DNA of 64,000 bases from Acidimicrobiia bacterium (GCA_038240075.1 JBBSEC010000004.1:9674-73673), one strand, 5' to 3'; shown: positions 27,589-35,347, numbered from the stretch's first letter. Numbers and translations are program-made. Notes: generated by a model not told the origin, from the sequence alone.

Positions 27589-29339
27589 CAGTCGATCCGG
27601 TCCACGACCAGGGTCCCGTCGGACGCGCGATGAGCAAGCCAGTGGTTCTGACCACCGAGCATGAACGGTGCGATCGCCGTCCAGAGCGCGCTCCAGGTCG
27701 TGCTCCCGAGCTCCGCGAGCGAGATGCCACCGAGGGGGACGCCCGGGGCGAATGGCGCACCGAAGTCGCCGGCGAACACCCAGCGGGTGTCGCCGGTGAC
27801 CGAGTTGTTGAGCGCAAGGATCATCTCGTTGCGGGCGAACACCGGCACCATCTGGGTCGCGAACGGCAGCGTGGCGAGCCGGGCCACTTCGGTGAGTGCC
27901 GAGCCGTCGTCGGGGATCGCCCACGCGACCACGGTTCCGCTGTCGGGCTTGTAGCCGACGAGCAGCGCGCCACCGGGCCGGACTCCAGGGATCACGGGAT
28001 CGACGCGGTCCATCGCCGCGAACGCGGTGAAGCCGGATTCAATCGTGCCGTCGAAGCGCGTGATCGTGCCGGTTCCGTCGTCGGCAACCCGGTCGATTGC
28101 CGCGCGCCCACTGATCGTCTTGTACGAGAACAGGAACGGGCTGCCCGCGCACATGTACGACGTCATCGCCGACCAATCGGTCGTCCACTGCGCCGGCCAC
28201 AACGTCACGATGCGCGTCCCGTCGCCCGCGACCTCGTCGATCTCGACGCGTCCGGTGAGCGCCGAATAGATCAACAGACCGACTCGCGCGTTCAACGCGA
28301 GCGGCACGGTCGCGGTGACACCGGTCGACCAGGTGTGCGAGAACGTCGGTGTGAGCGAAGACGCGTCGGCGGCGATGGCCCACAACTGCGCGGAGCCGCT
28401 CGCAGGGTCGTACACGAGTGCCGACGGGCCGGCGTCGAGTTGGAGCGTCGTCAGCTGCAGGATGCTCGGCGGGTTCACCGCGAACCGGTTTCGTTCGATC
28501 GTCACCGGCCGGAAGGTGCGCAGGGTGGCCCGCGCCTGCTCGATGCAGACGGTGCAGAACTGGGTCGCGATGTGGCGCATCTTGCAGTCGCCCGCGGGCC
28601 GGTACAGGTCGCAGTGTGCGTGACGCGCACCTTCGAACAACCCGATCTGATCGGGTGGCGACGCGGCGCCGTTCACGCTGGGTTTCGAGCAGTCGGGATT
28701 CCTCACGCGTGTGAGGCCGGGGGTGACGAGGTTGTGCCACGGAACTTTCGCGAGATCGGTGATCTTCGCGACGTTGGGCTCGGCTGGTGGCGGGCCGGAG
28801 AAGTGAGCCGTATCGGTTGTGTCGGCGTCGTACTCGTCGGCGAGACCGAATGCGCTGTGCCCCAATTCGTGGATCACGACGTCTGCAATCGAAGGGTTGC
28901 CCGAGCCGACGATCGAGACACCGTTGGGTGCCGACGCGAAGTCTCCCGCGACCTGTGCGATCACAACCGGATAGTGGTACTGCGAGATCTGCGCGCGGCA
29001 GAGGGTGTGCACGGCCGCCTCGTCGCACCGGATGACGCGCGCCGCGCCCGGCAGCCGGCCGTCGAAGAACGTGTTGCGCACCGTTGCGGTGGCCGGAACG
29101 TCGACACCGGAATCGGTCGACGCAACGTCGATACGGAAGACGTTCATCGCGGGCCACAGCTCGCGGAACGGAAGTTTCAGTCTCAGCGACACGACGACCC
29201 CCGTCACGAGGTTGACGAAGTCGCTCAGTTGCGGCGCCTGGTAACCCTCCGAGAGGAACACGAGGTTGAAGCGGCGATCGACCGGTCCGTGGTCGACGAC
29301 CTTCGTGATGCCGAGAACGACCCCGTCGGCGGCGGTCAC
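27588..29339 (-). CDS. Orphan operon gene 2: M64-like (IgA-peptidase family) zinc metallopeptidase fused to a ~300-aa repeat (propeller-like) domain
   Basis: ORF 27588..29846 trimmed to the GTG overlapping the upstream stop (GTGA at 29336-29339). N-terminus DHGPVDRRFNLVFLSEGY and VVIHELGHSAFGLADEYD match the M64 signature. The C-terminal half carries ~6 repeats of the [LF]L.Y...G....D.V.DDG type. No signal peptide. Confidence 0.75.
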   Translation of the reverse strand: MTAADGVVLGITKVVDHGPVDRRFNLVFLSEGYQAPQLSDFVNLVTGVVVSLRLKLPFRELWPAMNVFRIDVASTDSGVDVPATATVRNTFFDGRLPGAARVIRCDEAAVHTLCRAQISQYHYPVVIAQVAGDFASAPNGVSIVGSGNPSIADVVIHELGHSAFGLADEYDADTTDTAHFSGPPPAEPNVAKITDLAKVPWHNLVTPGLTRVRNPDCSKPSVNGAASPPDQIGLFEGARHAHCDLYRPAGDCKMRHIATQFCTVCIEQARATLRTFRPVTIERNRFAVNPPSILQLTTLQLDAGPSALVYDPASGSAQLWAIAADASSLTPTFSHTWSTGVTATVPLALNARVGLLIYSALTGRVEIDEVAGDGTRIVTLWPAQWTTDWSAMTSYMCAGSPFLFSYKTISGRAAIDRVADDGTGTITRFDGTIESGFTAFAAMDRVDPVIPGVRPGGALLVGYKPDSGTVVAWAIPDDGSALTEVARLATLPFATQMVPVFARNEMILALNNSVTGDTRWVFAGDFGAPFAPGVPLGGISLAELGSTTWSALWTAIAPFMLGGQNHWLAHRASDGTLVVDRID

Positions 29340-29746
29340 GGCGTCTCGGCGAACGGGTGCGTGAGGAGCTCGACTGCCGGGCCGTCGAGCTGTGTCGCGG
29401 GCGATCCCATGACGGCGACCGTGACTCCGTCGGTGATCGCCGGAACGACCGTGACGACCGTTCCACCGGCCTGGTCGTCGGCGACGTTCGCCGGGCTGGT
29501 GTCGTCGGGCAGCTCGACGACTGCGGCGAGCGGATTGTTCGTCACGAGCTGCCACAGCACGGCGCCGGTGACCGTGCGCAACTCGTACCAGTAGCCACTG
29601 AACGGAGCGTCGGCTGGGTCGAGCACGACACCGGGCAGCGCGGTCATCGCGACGCGGACACCGTCGAGGAGACTCAGCGTGCCGTCGGCAGCCCACGCAT
29701 ACGTGAACCGGATGGCGTCGGCTTCGGCGACGAACTCCTCTGGCAT
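29336..29746 (-). CDS. Orphan operon gene 1: 136-aa protein of unknown function
   Basis: ORF 136 aa. AAGGA lies 9 nt upstream of the ATG. Its stop overlaps the start of the peptidase gene. Confidence 0.65.
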   Translation of the reverse strand: MPEEFVAEADAIRFTYAWAADGTLSLLDGVRVAMTALPGVVLDPADAPFSGYWYELRTVTGAVLWQLVTNNPLAAVVELPDDTSPANVADDQAGGTVVTVVPAITDGVTVAVMGSPATQLDGPAVELLTHPFAETP

Positions 29747-29838
29747 TCCTTCGCGTCCTTACAAGGTCCGCGCCCGCACCGCGCATCGGTTTAACACAGC
29801 ACGCCCGTCTCGGCCAGGGTTTCTCAAACGGGCCCGTG

Positions 29839-31011
29839 TCACGCAAGCTCGATCGGAGTGGGCGCCGGCGGGGGCGACGGCTCCGACGGCGTGCTCGCCG
29901 CGGCTGGGTCGTCGCCCGTGGCGGGCTCGCGCAGCAGGCGCGCGACGAGCGCCGCGACCGCGACCATCACCGCGCCGAACACGATCGCGAACGCGCCGTA
30001 CACGGACGCGGCGTGCGAATTGCTTCCGCCGCTCGTTGTCGAGTCGGTGACCTTGCCGGCCAGCAGCACTGCTCCGACCGTGGCGGCGAACGCGCCGACC
30101 CACACCGTGAAGCGGCGGTGCGACTGGGTGCCAACCGACCCGACGAACAGGCCGGCTGCGACACTCAGCAAGCCGGCGACGATCACGCTCTTCGCCTCCG
30201 CACCGAGGAAGATCACCGCCTCGACCATGGCGATGACGCCGGGGAGCACGGCCGCGGTGGCGATGCCCCTTCGGCCGCGCGCGTCGAGGACCGCGACGCC
30301 GATGAGGTAGACGATGCCGAACGCGAGCGCGACACCACCGATCTCGCCGTCGTTGGGCTTGTGCGGTTCCCCGACGATCGGCGGGAACGAGTCGGGACTG
30401 ATCGACCCGTCCGGGTTGGTCGTGAAGGTGCTGCTGCCGCTGCCCGAACCGGTGTCGAACGTGAACGACGAGGCGAACGGCGAGCGCGCGACCGTGTTCG
30501 TGTCCGCGACCTCGACCGTTGCCCAGGTCAATCCCATCAGCAATGCGAGGGACAGGAGCAATGGGCGGGCTTTCGCCGGACCGAACGCAAAGCCAAGGAG
30601 CCAGGCGACGATCGTCACCGCGAAGAAGGGGCGCAGGTCGCTCGGGCTGTGCACGCGAGGGAGCTGCACGAACGCCATCGCTCCCAGGACACCGATCGCG
30701 ATCATCGCGATCCCGGCCGACTCCAACAACGTCGGCAGCGCGACGACGAGCGCGAGTCCGGCCACAATCAACACCACGCACAACGCGAGGCCGGCCCAGC
30801 CCACCCCGTGCCCGTGATCGGGGTACAGGTCGACGCCGAACGCGATCACGCCGCTCGCGGCGAGTACGCCGGCCCCACCGGCGATTGCATTGGCGAGCCA
30901 TGGCGTCGCACGCTCCGCGGACCGCCACGACACGACGCGTTCGGGTTGTGTCGGCGCCCCCACCGGCGGCTGTTCCACTGCGAGAACGCTATAGCGCCGA
31001 CGACGCTGCAC
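29839..31011 (-). CDS. Polytopic integral membrane protein of unknown function
   Basis: ORF 390 aa (GTG start, exact start uncertain). Multiple long hydrophobic segments, a central Ser/Gly/Thr-rich loop (FTFDTGSGSGSSTFTTNPDGS) and a Pro-rich C-terminal tail. Sits 92 nt upstream of the orphan operon on the same strand. Confidence 0.65.
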   Translation of the reverse strand: MQRRRRYSVLAVEQPPVGAPTQPERVVSWRSAERATPWLANAIAGGAGVLAASGVIAFGVDLYPDHGHGVGWAGLALCVVLIVAGLALVVALPTLLESAGIAMIAIGVLGAMAFVQLPRVHSPSDLRPFFAVTIVAWLLGFAFGPAKARPLLLSLALLMGLTWATVEVADTNTVARSPFASSFTFDTGSGSGSSTFTTNPDGSISPDSFPPIVGEPHKPNDGEIGGVALAFGIVYLIGVAVLDARGRRGIATAAVLPGVIAMVEAVIFLGAEAKSVIVAGLLSVAAGLFVGSVGTQSHRRFTVWVGAFAATVGAVLLAGKVTDSTTSGGSNSHAASVYGAFAIVFGAVMVAVAALVARLLREPATGDDPAAASTPSEPSPPPAPTPIELA

Positions 31012-31055
31012 GGTTGATCACCGCTTCGCTGCGGCGGATCGGCTTGCTGCGGAGA

Positions 31056-31101
31056 GTGGAGGTGATGGGACTTGAACCCACGGCTTCTACGTTGCGAACG
31101 T
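31056..31101 (-). repeat. Direct repeat of tRNA-Ala 3' segment (att-type junction)
   Basis: GTGGAGGTGATGGGACTTGAACCCACGGCTTCTACGTTGCGAACGT matches 39546-39591 at 45/46 positions. No tRNA 5' half follows. Confidence 0.8.
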
Positions 31102-31206
31102 CCGACACAGGGGCCGCTGTGACCTGCTCCGTCGCGGCCGAGTCATCGTGACCTGCGGAAGCGCTCATCGTTAGTTCGCGTCACTGATCGCCGTTTTTCA
31201 ACGTCC

Positions 31207-31224
31207 CGCGGACTCTTCGCGGAC
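31207..31224 (+). promoter_or_regulatory. Paired CGCGGAC(T) motifs, left end of remnant element (arm-type site candidate)
   Basis: CGCGGACT at 31207-31214 and CGCGGAC at 31218-31224, 11 nt start to start. The same arrangement recurs at 33081-33099. Confidence 0.35.
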
Positions 31225-31432
31225 CGAACATCAATCAACGGGTCGACCGTGCGCAGTCGTCGAGCTGCATAGGTCCCTCGTCCGACGTCTCCACCGAGCG
31301 ATCCCGAGCGTCTCGGTCCCGGCGATAGGAGACAGCCGATACGCGTGATATTGGGACGCGTGTTCTAGGACGCGAAGTGTCTGGCGAGGCAACCTGTGGT
31401 GCCTGGGGTTGTGTCGGTCAGACTGATGGCGG

Positions 31433-32938
31433 ATGGACGATGTTGAGACGGGCTTGGCGAGGGTGGACGGAGACGTCGCCGGGGTTGCGTGGTGTCCGGT
31501 GCTCGCGATTGCGGCGGCGGTCGGCGTTGCTCATCTTGTCGTTGCGACGCGTTACGGGTGGCATCGCGACGAGTTCTATTACGTCGCTGCGGGGCGGCAC
31601 CTGGCGTGGGGTTACGTCGATCAGCCTCCGCTGACCCCGCTTCTCGCGCGGTTGGCTGCATCCCAGGCGCACGGGGTGTTGCCGCTGCGTCTGGTAGCCA
31701 TCAGCACGCAGGTCGCGACGATTGTGGTGGCGGCGCTGGTCGCTCGCGAGTTGGGCGGCCGGCGATTCGCGCAGGCGTTGACGGCGGGCTGTATCGGTGG
31801 AGCTGCGGTGTTCGTCGGGGCCTCCCTGTTCCTCGGTACAACGCCGACCGATCAGTTGTTCTGGGTACTGATCATCTGGAGCACGTTGCGGGCGCTTCGC
31901 CTGCGAACCTCCGGAGCATGGGTCGTCATGGGTTGCGCGGCCGGGCTCGGGCTCGAGAACAAGCACACCGTGTTCGTTCTCCTCGTCGGCATCGTCGTCG
32001 GTTTGGCGATCCGGCGGAGAGAGGCGGTCACGGGCCGGGGGCCGTGGATCGCCGGTGTGATCGCGTTCTGTGTTTGGGTGCCGAACCTTTGGTGGGACGC
32101 TCGCCACCACTGGGTGACCCTCGACATGGCGAAGGTCCTCTCGCGACATCAGGGGGGTGTCGGAGGGGCGATCGGGCAGCTGCCGTTGTTGCTATTTGTC
32201 TTCCCCGGCCCGCTCATCGTCTTCTTGTGGATTCGCGGCGCGCGGTGGGCCGGCCCGCGCTCGGAAGGGAGTGCGAACTCGTGGCTGCTTGTTACCGCGG
32301 CCGTTGTTGTGGGCGCGGTCACCGCGGCGGGCGGCAAGCCCTACTACAGCGCGCCGATGTTGGTGCCGCTCTTCGCGCTCGGCGCGGTTGCTACCGAGCG
32401 CCATTTCCGCCCAGGTGATCGCGGTCGACGCCGAGCCGGCGTCTTGGTCGTGGCATCGGCGATGATCGCGCCGCTGGTCGCGCTTCCGTTCTATCCGCCA
32501 TCGGTTGCGACCGCGCTGCGTCCACTCGCCAAAGACCCGATGGAAACGTACGGCTGGCCCGACATCGCACGACAGATCAGCCACGCCGTCACCACCCACC
32601 CGGACGTCACTGCGGTGTACGTGAGCAACTACGGCGAAGCCGGAGCGCTCGCCACCTACGGCCGATCGTACGGCCTCAAAGTCAAAGTCGTTGCTGGGCA
32701 GAACGCCTATCGAGACTGGGGACCGCCGCCAGGTACACCGACCGATGTCCTCGCGGCCGGCGAGTTCACCCAATCGTTTCTCGAACGATCGTGGACCCAC
32801 GTCGAACCCATCGCCAAGCTCACCCTGCCCGACAGTCTCGAGAACGAAGAAACCGCGAACAACGCGACGATCTTCCGCTGCCAAGGACCCAAAGGCAGCT
32901 GGGCTCACCTTTGGCCACAACTCACCTACCTGAGCTGA
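31433..32938 (+). CDS. Glycosyltransferase family 39 (ArnT/PMT-like) membrane protein
   Basis: ORF 501 aa, polytopic. N-terminal loop motif YGWHRDEFYYVAAGRHLAWGYVDQPPLTP is typical of GT39/GT-C enzymes. Confidence 0.75.
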   Translation: MDDVETGLARVDGDVAGVAWCPVLAIAAAVGVAHLVVATRYGWHRDEFYYVAAGRHLAWGYVDQPPLTPLLARLAASQAHGVLPLRLVAISTQVATIVVAALVARELGGRRFAQALTAGCIGGAAVFVGASLFLGTTPTDQLFWVLIIWSTLRALRLRTSGAWVVMGCAAGLGLENKHTVFVLLVGIVVGLAIRRREAVTGRGPWIAGVIAFCVWVPNLWWDARHHWVTLDMAKVLSRHQGGVGGAIGQLPLLLFVFPGPLIVFLWIRGARWAGPRSEGSANSWLLVTAAVVVGAVTAAGGKPYYSAPMLVPLFALGAVATERHFRPGDRGRRRAGVLVVASAMIAPLVALPFYPPSVATALRPLAKDPMETYGWPDIARQISHAVTTHPDVTAVYVSNYGEAGALATYGRSYGLKVKVVAGQNAYRDWGPPPGTPTDVLAAGEFTQSFLERSWTHVEPIAKLTLPDSLENEETANNATIFRCQGPKGSWAHLWPQLTYLS

Positions 32939-32965
32939 CCCACGACGACTCGGGCAAGCCCGCGA

Positions 32966-33136
32966 GAACTCCAGCTCGGCCACTCGTCGATTCGCGTGAC
33001 CAGCGATGTCTATGGCTCGCTGCTGCCGACCGTCGACGAGGGCGTAACGACCGCCCTCGAGCAACGCTTCGCGAGATTCTCGCGGACTAATCGCGGACTC
33101 GAGCCAGACGCAGTTTCGGGACCCGAACTCTTGTAG
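32966..33136 (+). pseudogene. C-terminal fragment of a tyrosine recombinase/integrase
   Basis: Own translation immediately after the GT39 stop: ...RELQLGHSSIRVTSDVYGSLLPTVDEG... (the LGHSSxxxTxDxYxH-type catalytic Tyr region). Only ~55 codons remain, ending 28 nt from the att-type repeat at 33164. Confidence 0.6.
33081..33099 (+). promoter_or_regulatory. Paired CGCGGACT motifs, right end of remnant element (arm-type site candidate)
   Basis: CGCGGACT at 33081-33088 and 33092-33099, 11 nt start to start, in the same orientation as the pair at 31207-31224. Confidence 0.35.
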
Positions 33137-33163
33137 GCCCATGACCTGGGGCTTCACGAGCGA

Positions 33164-33206
33164 GTGGAGGTGATGGGACTTGAACCCACGACTTCTACGT
33201 TGCGAA
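33164..33206 (-). repeat. Direct repeat of tRNA-Ala 3' segment (distal att site of the intact element)
   Basis: GTGGAGGTGATGGGACTTGAACCCACGACTTCTACGTTGCGAA is identical to 39546-39588 (43/43). Confidence 0.85.
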
Positions 33207-33310
33207 GGCGTCTGAGGGAGTTCGGAGGGTCGCGTCAGGTTCGTTTGGCCAGGTCAGATCGGGTGCGTCGTTCGCACGACCGCACTGATTCCAGGGCGTT
33301 TCGCGGATTC

Positions 33311-33330
33311 GGTTGACAAAATGTTGACAG
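33311..33330 (+). promoter_or_regulatory. GGTTGACAAAATGTTGACAG motif (arm-type integrase site candidate, distal end)
   Basis: Near-identical to 39459-39479 (GGTTGACAAATTGTTGACAAG). ~105 nt inside the 33164-33206 repeat. A degenerate third copy TCGACAAATCGTTGACGAAG lies at 33468-33487. Confidence 0.45.
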
Positions 33331-33352
33331 AACTGTCGCAGCCGAACGGCCG

Positions 33353-34099
33353 TCAGCGAGCCGCGGTCACCGCGGCGTGCACACCGGCAAGGTCGTCGAC
33401 GGTCACCGGGTCGGCAGGCGCGAGGTTCGAGATGATGCGCACGGTACGCGGGCCGTCGTCGACAAATCGTTGACGAAGTTGCGACACTGTCCGCGGACCG
33501 AGGTCGCCCGGCGCGGTTCCGAGCTCGTCGATGACCGTACGTCCGGAAGCGAGATCCGACTGCAAGAGTCGGTAGAGGTCGTACAGATCGGAAGCTTGCT
33601 TCTCGGCTCGCCCTGCCCGACGAGCGAGCGAACTCTGCGCTTTGCAAGCAACGAGCGCGGCTCGGCCGGCGACGTTGGTTGCGGTCGTCGAGAGCATGAC
33701 ACCTGCGTGATCGACCAGACCGACCGACACGGGTGTCGCAGTGTCGAGCGCCCAACGGTGCGACAGCACGAACATACGCTGCGCAACGTCTTCGGGAAGC
33801 TGGGCGGGGTCGTAGTCGTCGACGGCGATGATGTCGACCTTCACGCCGCCGGCCTCGATCGTCGACCGAGTATTCGTCGGCACTGCCACTCCGGCGTCGA
33901 CCAAGATTTGTGCAGGCTCCGGGTCCGTGCCGAACGCGACCTCGTCGACGTCTCCCGTGGCGCGGTGCGCGGCGGCGACGCGGATCATCACTGCAAGTCC
34001 ACCGATGAGCGCGTGGCGGTTCGCGAGGTGTTCGTCGATCGTGGATACCGCTGCGAACATCGCCTGCAGAGGCATCCCCGCTCCTGTGACAAGCAGCAC
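33353..34099 (-). CDS. Nucleotidyltransferase-fold protein (AbiEii-like toxin candidate)
   Basis: ORF 33353..34318 trimmed to a GTG 1 nt after the upstream stop. Minimal NTase motif LIGGLAVMIRVAAAHRATGDVDEV (G[GS]-x9-13-DxD). 248 aa. Confidence 0.55.
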   Translation of the reverse strand: MLLVTGAGMPLQAMFAAVSTIDEHLANRHALIGGLAVMIRVAAAHRATGDVDEVAFGTDPEPAQILVDAGVAVPTNTRSTIEAGGVKVDIIAVDDYDPAQLPEDVAQRMFVLSHRWALDTATPVSVGLVDHAGVMLSTTATNVAGRAALVACKAQSSLARRAGRAEKQASDLYDLYRLLQSDLASGRTVIDELGTAPGDLGPRTVSQLRQRFVDDGPRTVRIISNLAPADPVTVDDLAGVHAAVTAAR

Positions 34100-34100
34100 G

Positions 34101-35135
34101 TCACCAGACACGGGCAGATCCCTCAGGCGGACTCCAATCTTCGAGGATCTCGCGACCGCGGGCTCGATCCTGCGCGAGATCGAGAGCGACGACGGCGGGA
34201 TGTGCCAGCGCCCACCGGACGCCGTCCGGCTGGGCGGGAAGGCGGGTTGCGACTTCCGCGTGCGCGAGCCGCGTCGGAGTGTGCGCAACACGAGCGACCA
34301 CCGGATCGACAGGGCCACGAGTGCGATGCCGCGCGACGATCGCCTTCACCACTGCGAGCTGCTCGCAGTACAGCTCGGGCGGGTAGCCATCGCTCACCGC
34401 GACCGGAGCCCCCCATGCCGCGGCGCCGAGGGTGCCGCTCTGCAGGAAGGCGTGGTCACCTTCCGGGAGCGACGCGAGCGGATACCAACGCGGAGTCCAT
34501 GCGTCGGCGATCTCCCAGAACAACGCAGGATGTTCCGCGCGACCCTTGCCACCCACGAGCCCGTGGGCACGCATCGCGGCGAGAAGTTCCGAGACTCTGC
34601 CCTTCGAGCGCCCGACCTCGGCCGCGAGCTCACTGACACCCCATCCGCGATCCGGATCGAGCAGAAAGCAGAGCCCGACGTCGAGTCCGGTCGTCGTGAA
34701 CAGCTCAGTGACCCGTCGCGGGCCGTCGACGGCCGCAGGCACGTCCGAATCAATGAAGAGCTCCGATGTTTGAATGCGGAGATGTCCGCGACGGTCGAAC
34801 CACGAGATGCCGAAACGATCGAGCGCGGCGCGGCCGTCGGCCGACAACCTGTCGGCGGCCACCATCGGGACATAGATTCGGTCCGGGTCCGTCTGCCGGA
34901 GGCGATCCGCCGACGCGATCAGCTCCTGTACCCCTGAACGGCCCATGGTCGAGTCCACCCGCCGCTTCTCATCGACGACCAGCACGCCCCGGCCCGTGTC
35001 GACGATCGCGAACGGCGAACCCTCGCCCCGTGCCAGAGCCGACTCCGACCCCAAGCCGACCGCGTGCAGCGCGACCTCGAGCCCCGAGATATCGCGGGCC
35101 GACCTCCGAGCTGTGTTCGATGTTCGTGGCGCCAC
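34101..35135 (-). CDS. wHTH-containing protein (AbiEi-like antitoxin/regulator candidate); start uncertain
   Basis: ORF 34101..35237. High GC3 begins upstream of the first ATG, so a GTG at 35135 was chosen provisionally (alternatives 35054 and 34946). MarR-like segment VSELAAEVGRSKGRVSELLAAMRAHGLV. Translationally adjacent to the NTase gene. Confidence 0.5.
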   Translation of the reverse strand: MAPRTSNTARRSARDISGLEVALHAVGLGSESALARGEGSPFAIVDTGRGVLVVDEKRRVDSTMGRSGVQELIASADRLRQTDPDRIYVPMVAADRLSADGRAALDRFGISWFDRRGHLRIQTSELFIDSDVPAAVDGPRRVTELFTTTGLDVGLCFLLDPDRGWGVSELAAEVGRSKGRVSELLAAMRAHGLVGGKGRAEHPALFWEIADAWTPRWYPLASLPEGDHAFLQSGTLGAAAWGAPVAVSDGYPPELYCEQLAVVKAIVARHRTRGPVDPVVARVAHTPTRLAHAEVATRLPAQPDGVRWALAHPAVVALDLAQDRARGREILEDWSPPEGSARVW

Positions 35136-35230
35136 GAACAGACAGGATAGCCGACCGCGCGCGAGCTCGCTCAAGTGCCGAGAACGGGATGCTGAATCCC
35201 GGGACCCGGTGTCTCCGGGCCCCGGCGAAC

Positions 35231-35251
35231 CGGACACCGGACACCGGACAC
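35231..35251 (+). repeat. Heptanucleotide tandem repeat (CGGACAC)x3
   Basis: Three perfect head-to-tail units at 35231-35237, 35238-35244 and 35245-35251, in the non-coding stretch upstream of the wHTH gene. Confidence 0.7.
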
Positions 35252-35323
35252 CTGATCGCCCCCTGAAGACATCGGCACGAACTCGGCGACGACGACGCCG
35301 ACACCGCCTTCACAGGGTCGACA

Positions 35324-35347
35324 AGGACTCACCAAAACACCCACCAG
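35324..35347 (-). repeat. Copy R4 of 24-nt TGGTGGGTGTYTTGGTGAGTC repeat family
   Basis: Minus-strand reading CTGGTGGGTGTTTTGGTGAGTCCT matches R1 at 20/24 positions. Confidence 0.6.

Larger units (their letters stand above)
16922..31101 (-). mobile_element. Candidate old tRNA-Ala-bounded genomic island (~14.2 kb), no integrase retained
   Basis: Bounded by the degenerate repeat (16922-16967) and the near-exact tRNA-fragment repeat (31056-31101). Contains the CMD gene, the six-gene orphan operon and a membrane protein gene. Confidence 0.4.
31056..33206 (-). mobile_element. Remnant integrative element (~2.1 kb) between two tRNA-Ala fragment repeats
   Basis: Flanked by repeats at 31056-31101 and 33164-33206. 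Carries a GT39 gene and a C-terminal fragment of a tyrosine recombinase. Paired CGCGGAC motifs sit near both ends. Confidence 0.6.

Noticed and set aside
25235-27817. 860-aa alternate-frame minus-strand ORF overlapping operon gene 3
   Set aside because: Its composition is dominated by Arg/Ala/Gly/Pro (RRRR runs). The 25258..27588 frame has balanced, motif-bearing sequence and start/stop coupling with its neighbours.
31056-33206. The tRNA-like sequences at 31.06 and 33.16 kb as additional tRNA-Ala genes
   Set aside because: Both stop matching the tRNA within or just past the anticodon-arm region, so no D-arm or 5' acceptor strand is present. They are att-type partial duplications.
34946-35237. 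Using either the longest ORF start (35237) or the first ATG (34946) for the wHTH gene
   Set aside because: High GC3 begins around 35090-35135. That makes 35237 too long, and 34946 would discard coding-looking sequence. I kept 35135 provisionally and flagged the uncertainty.
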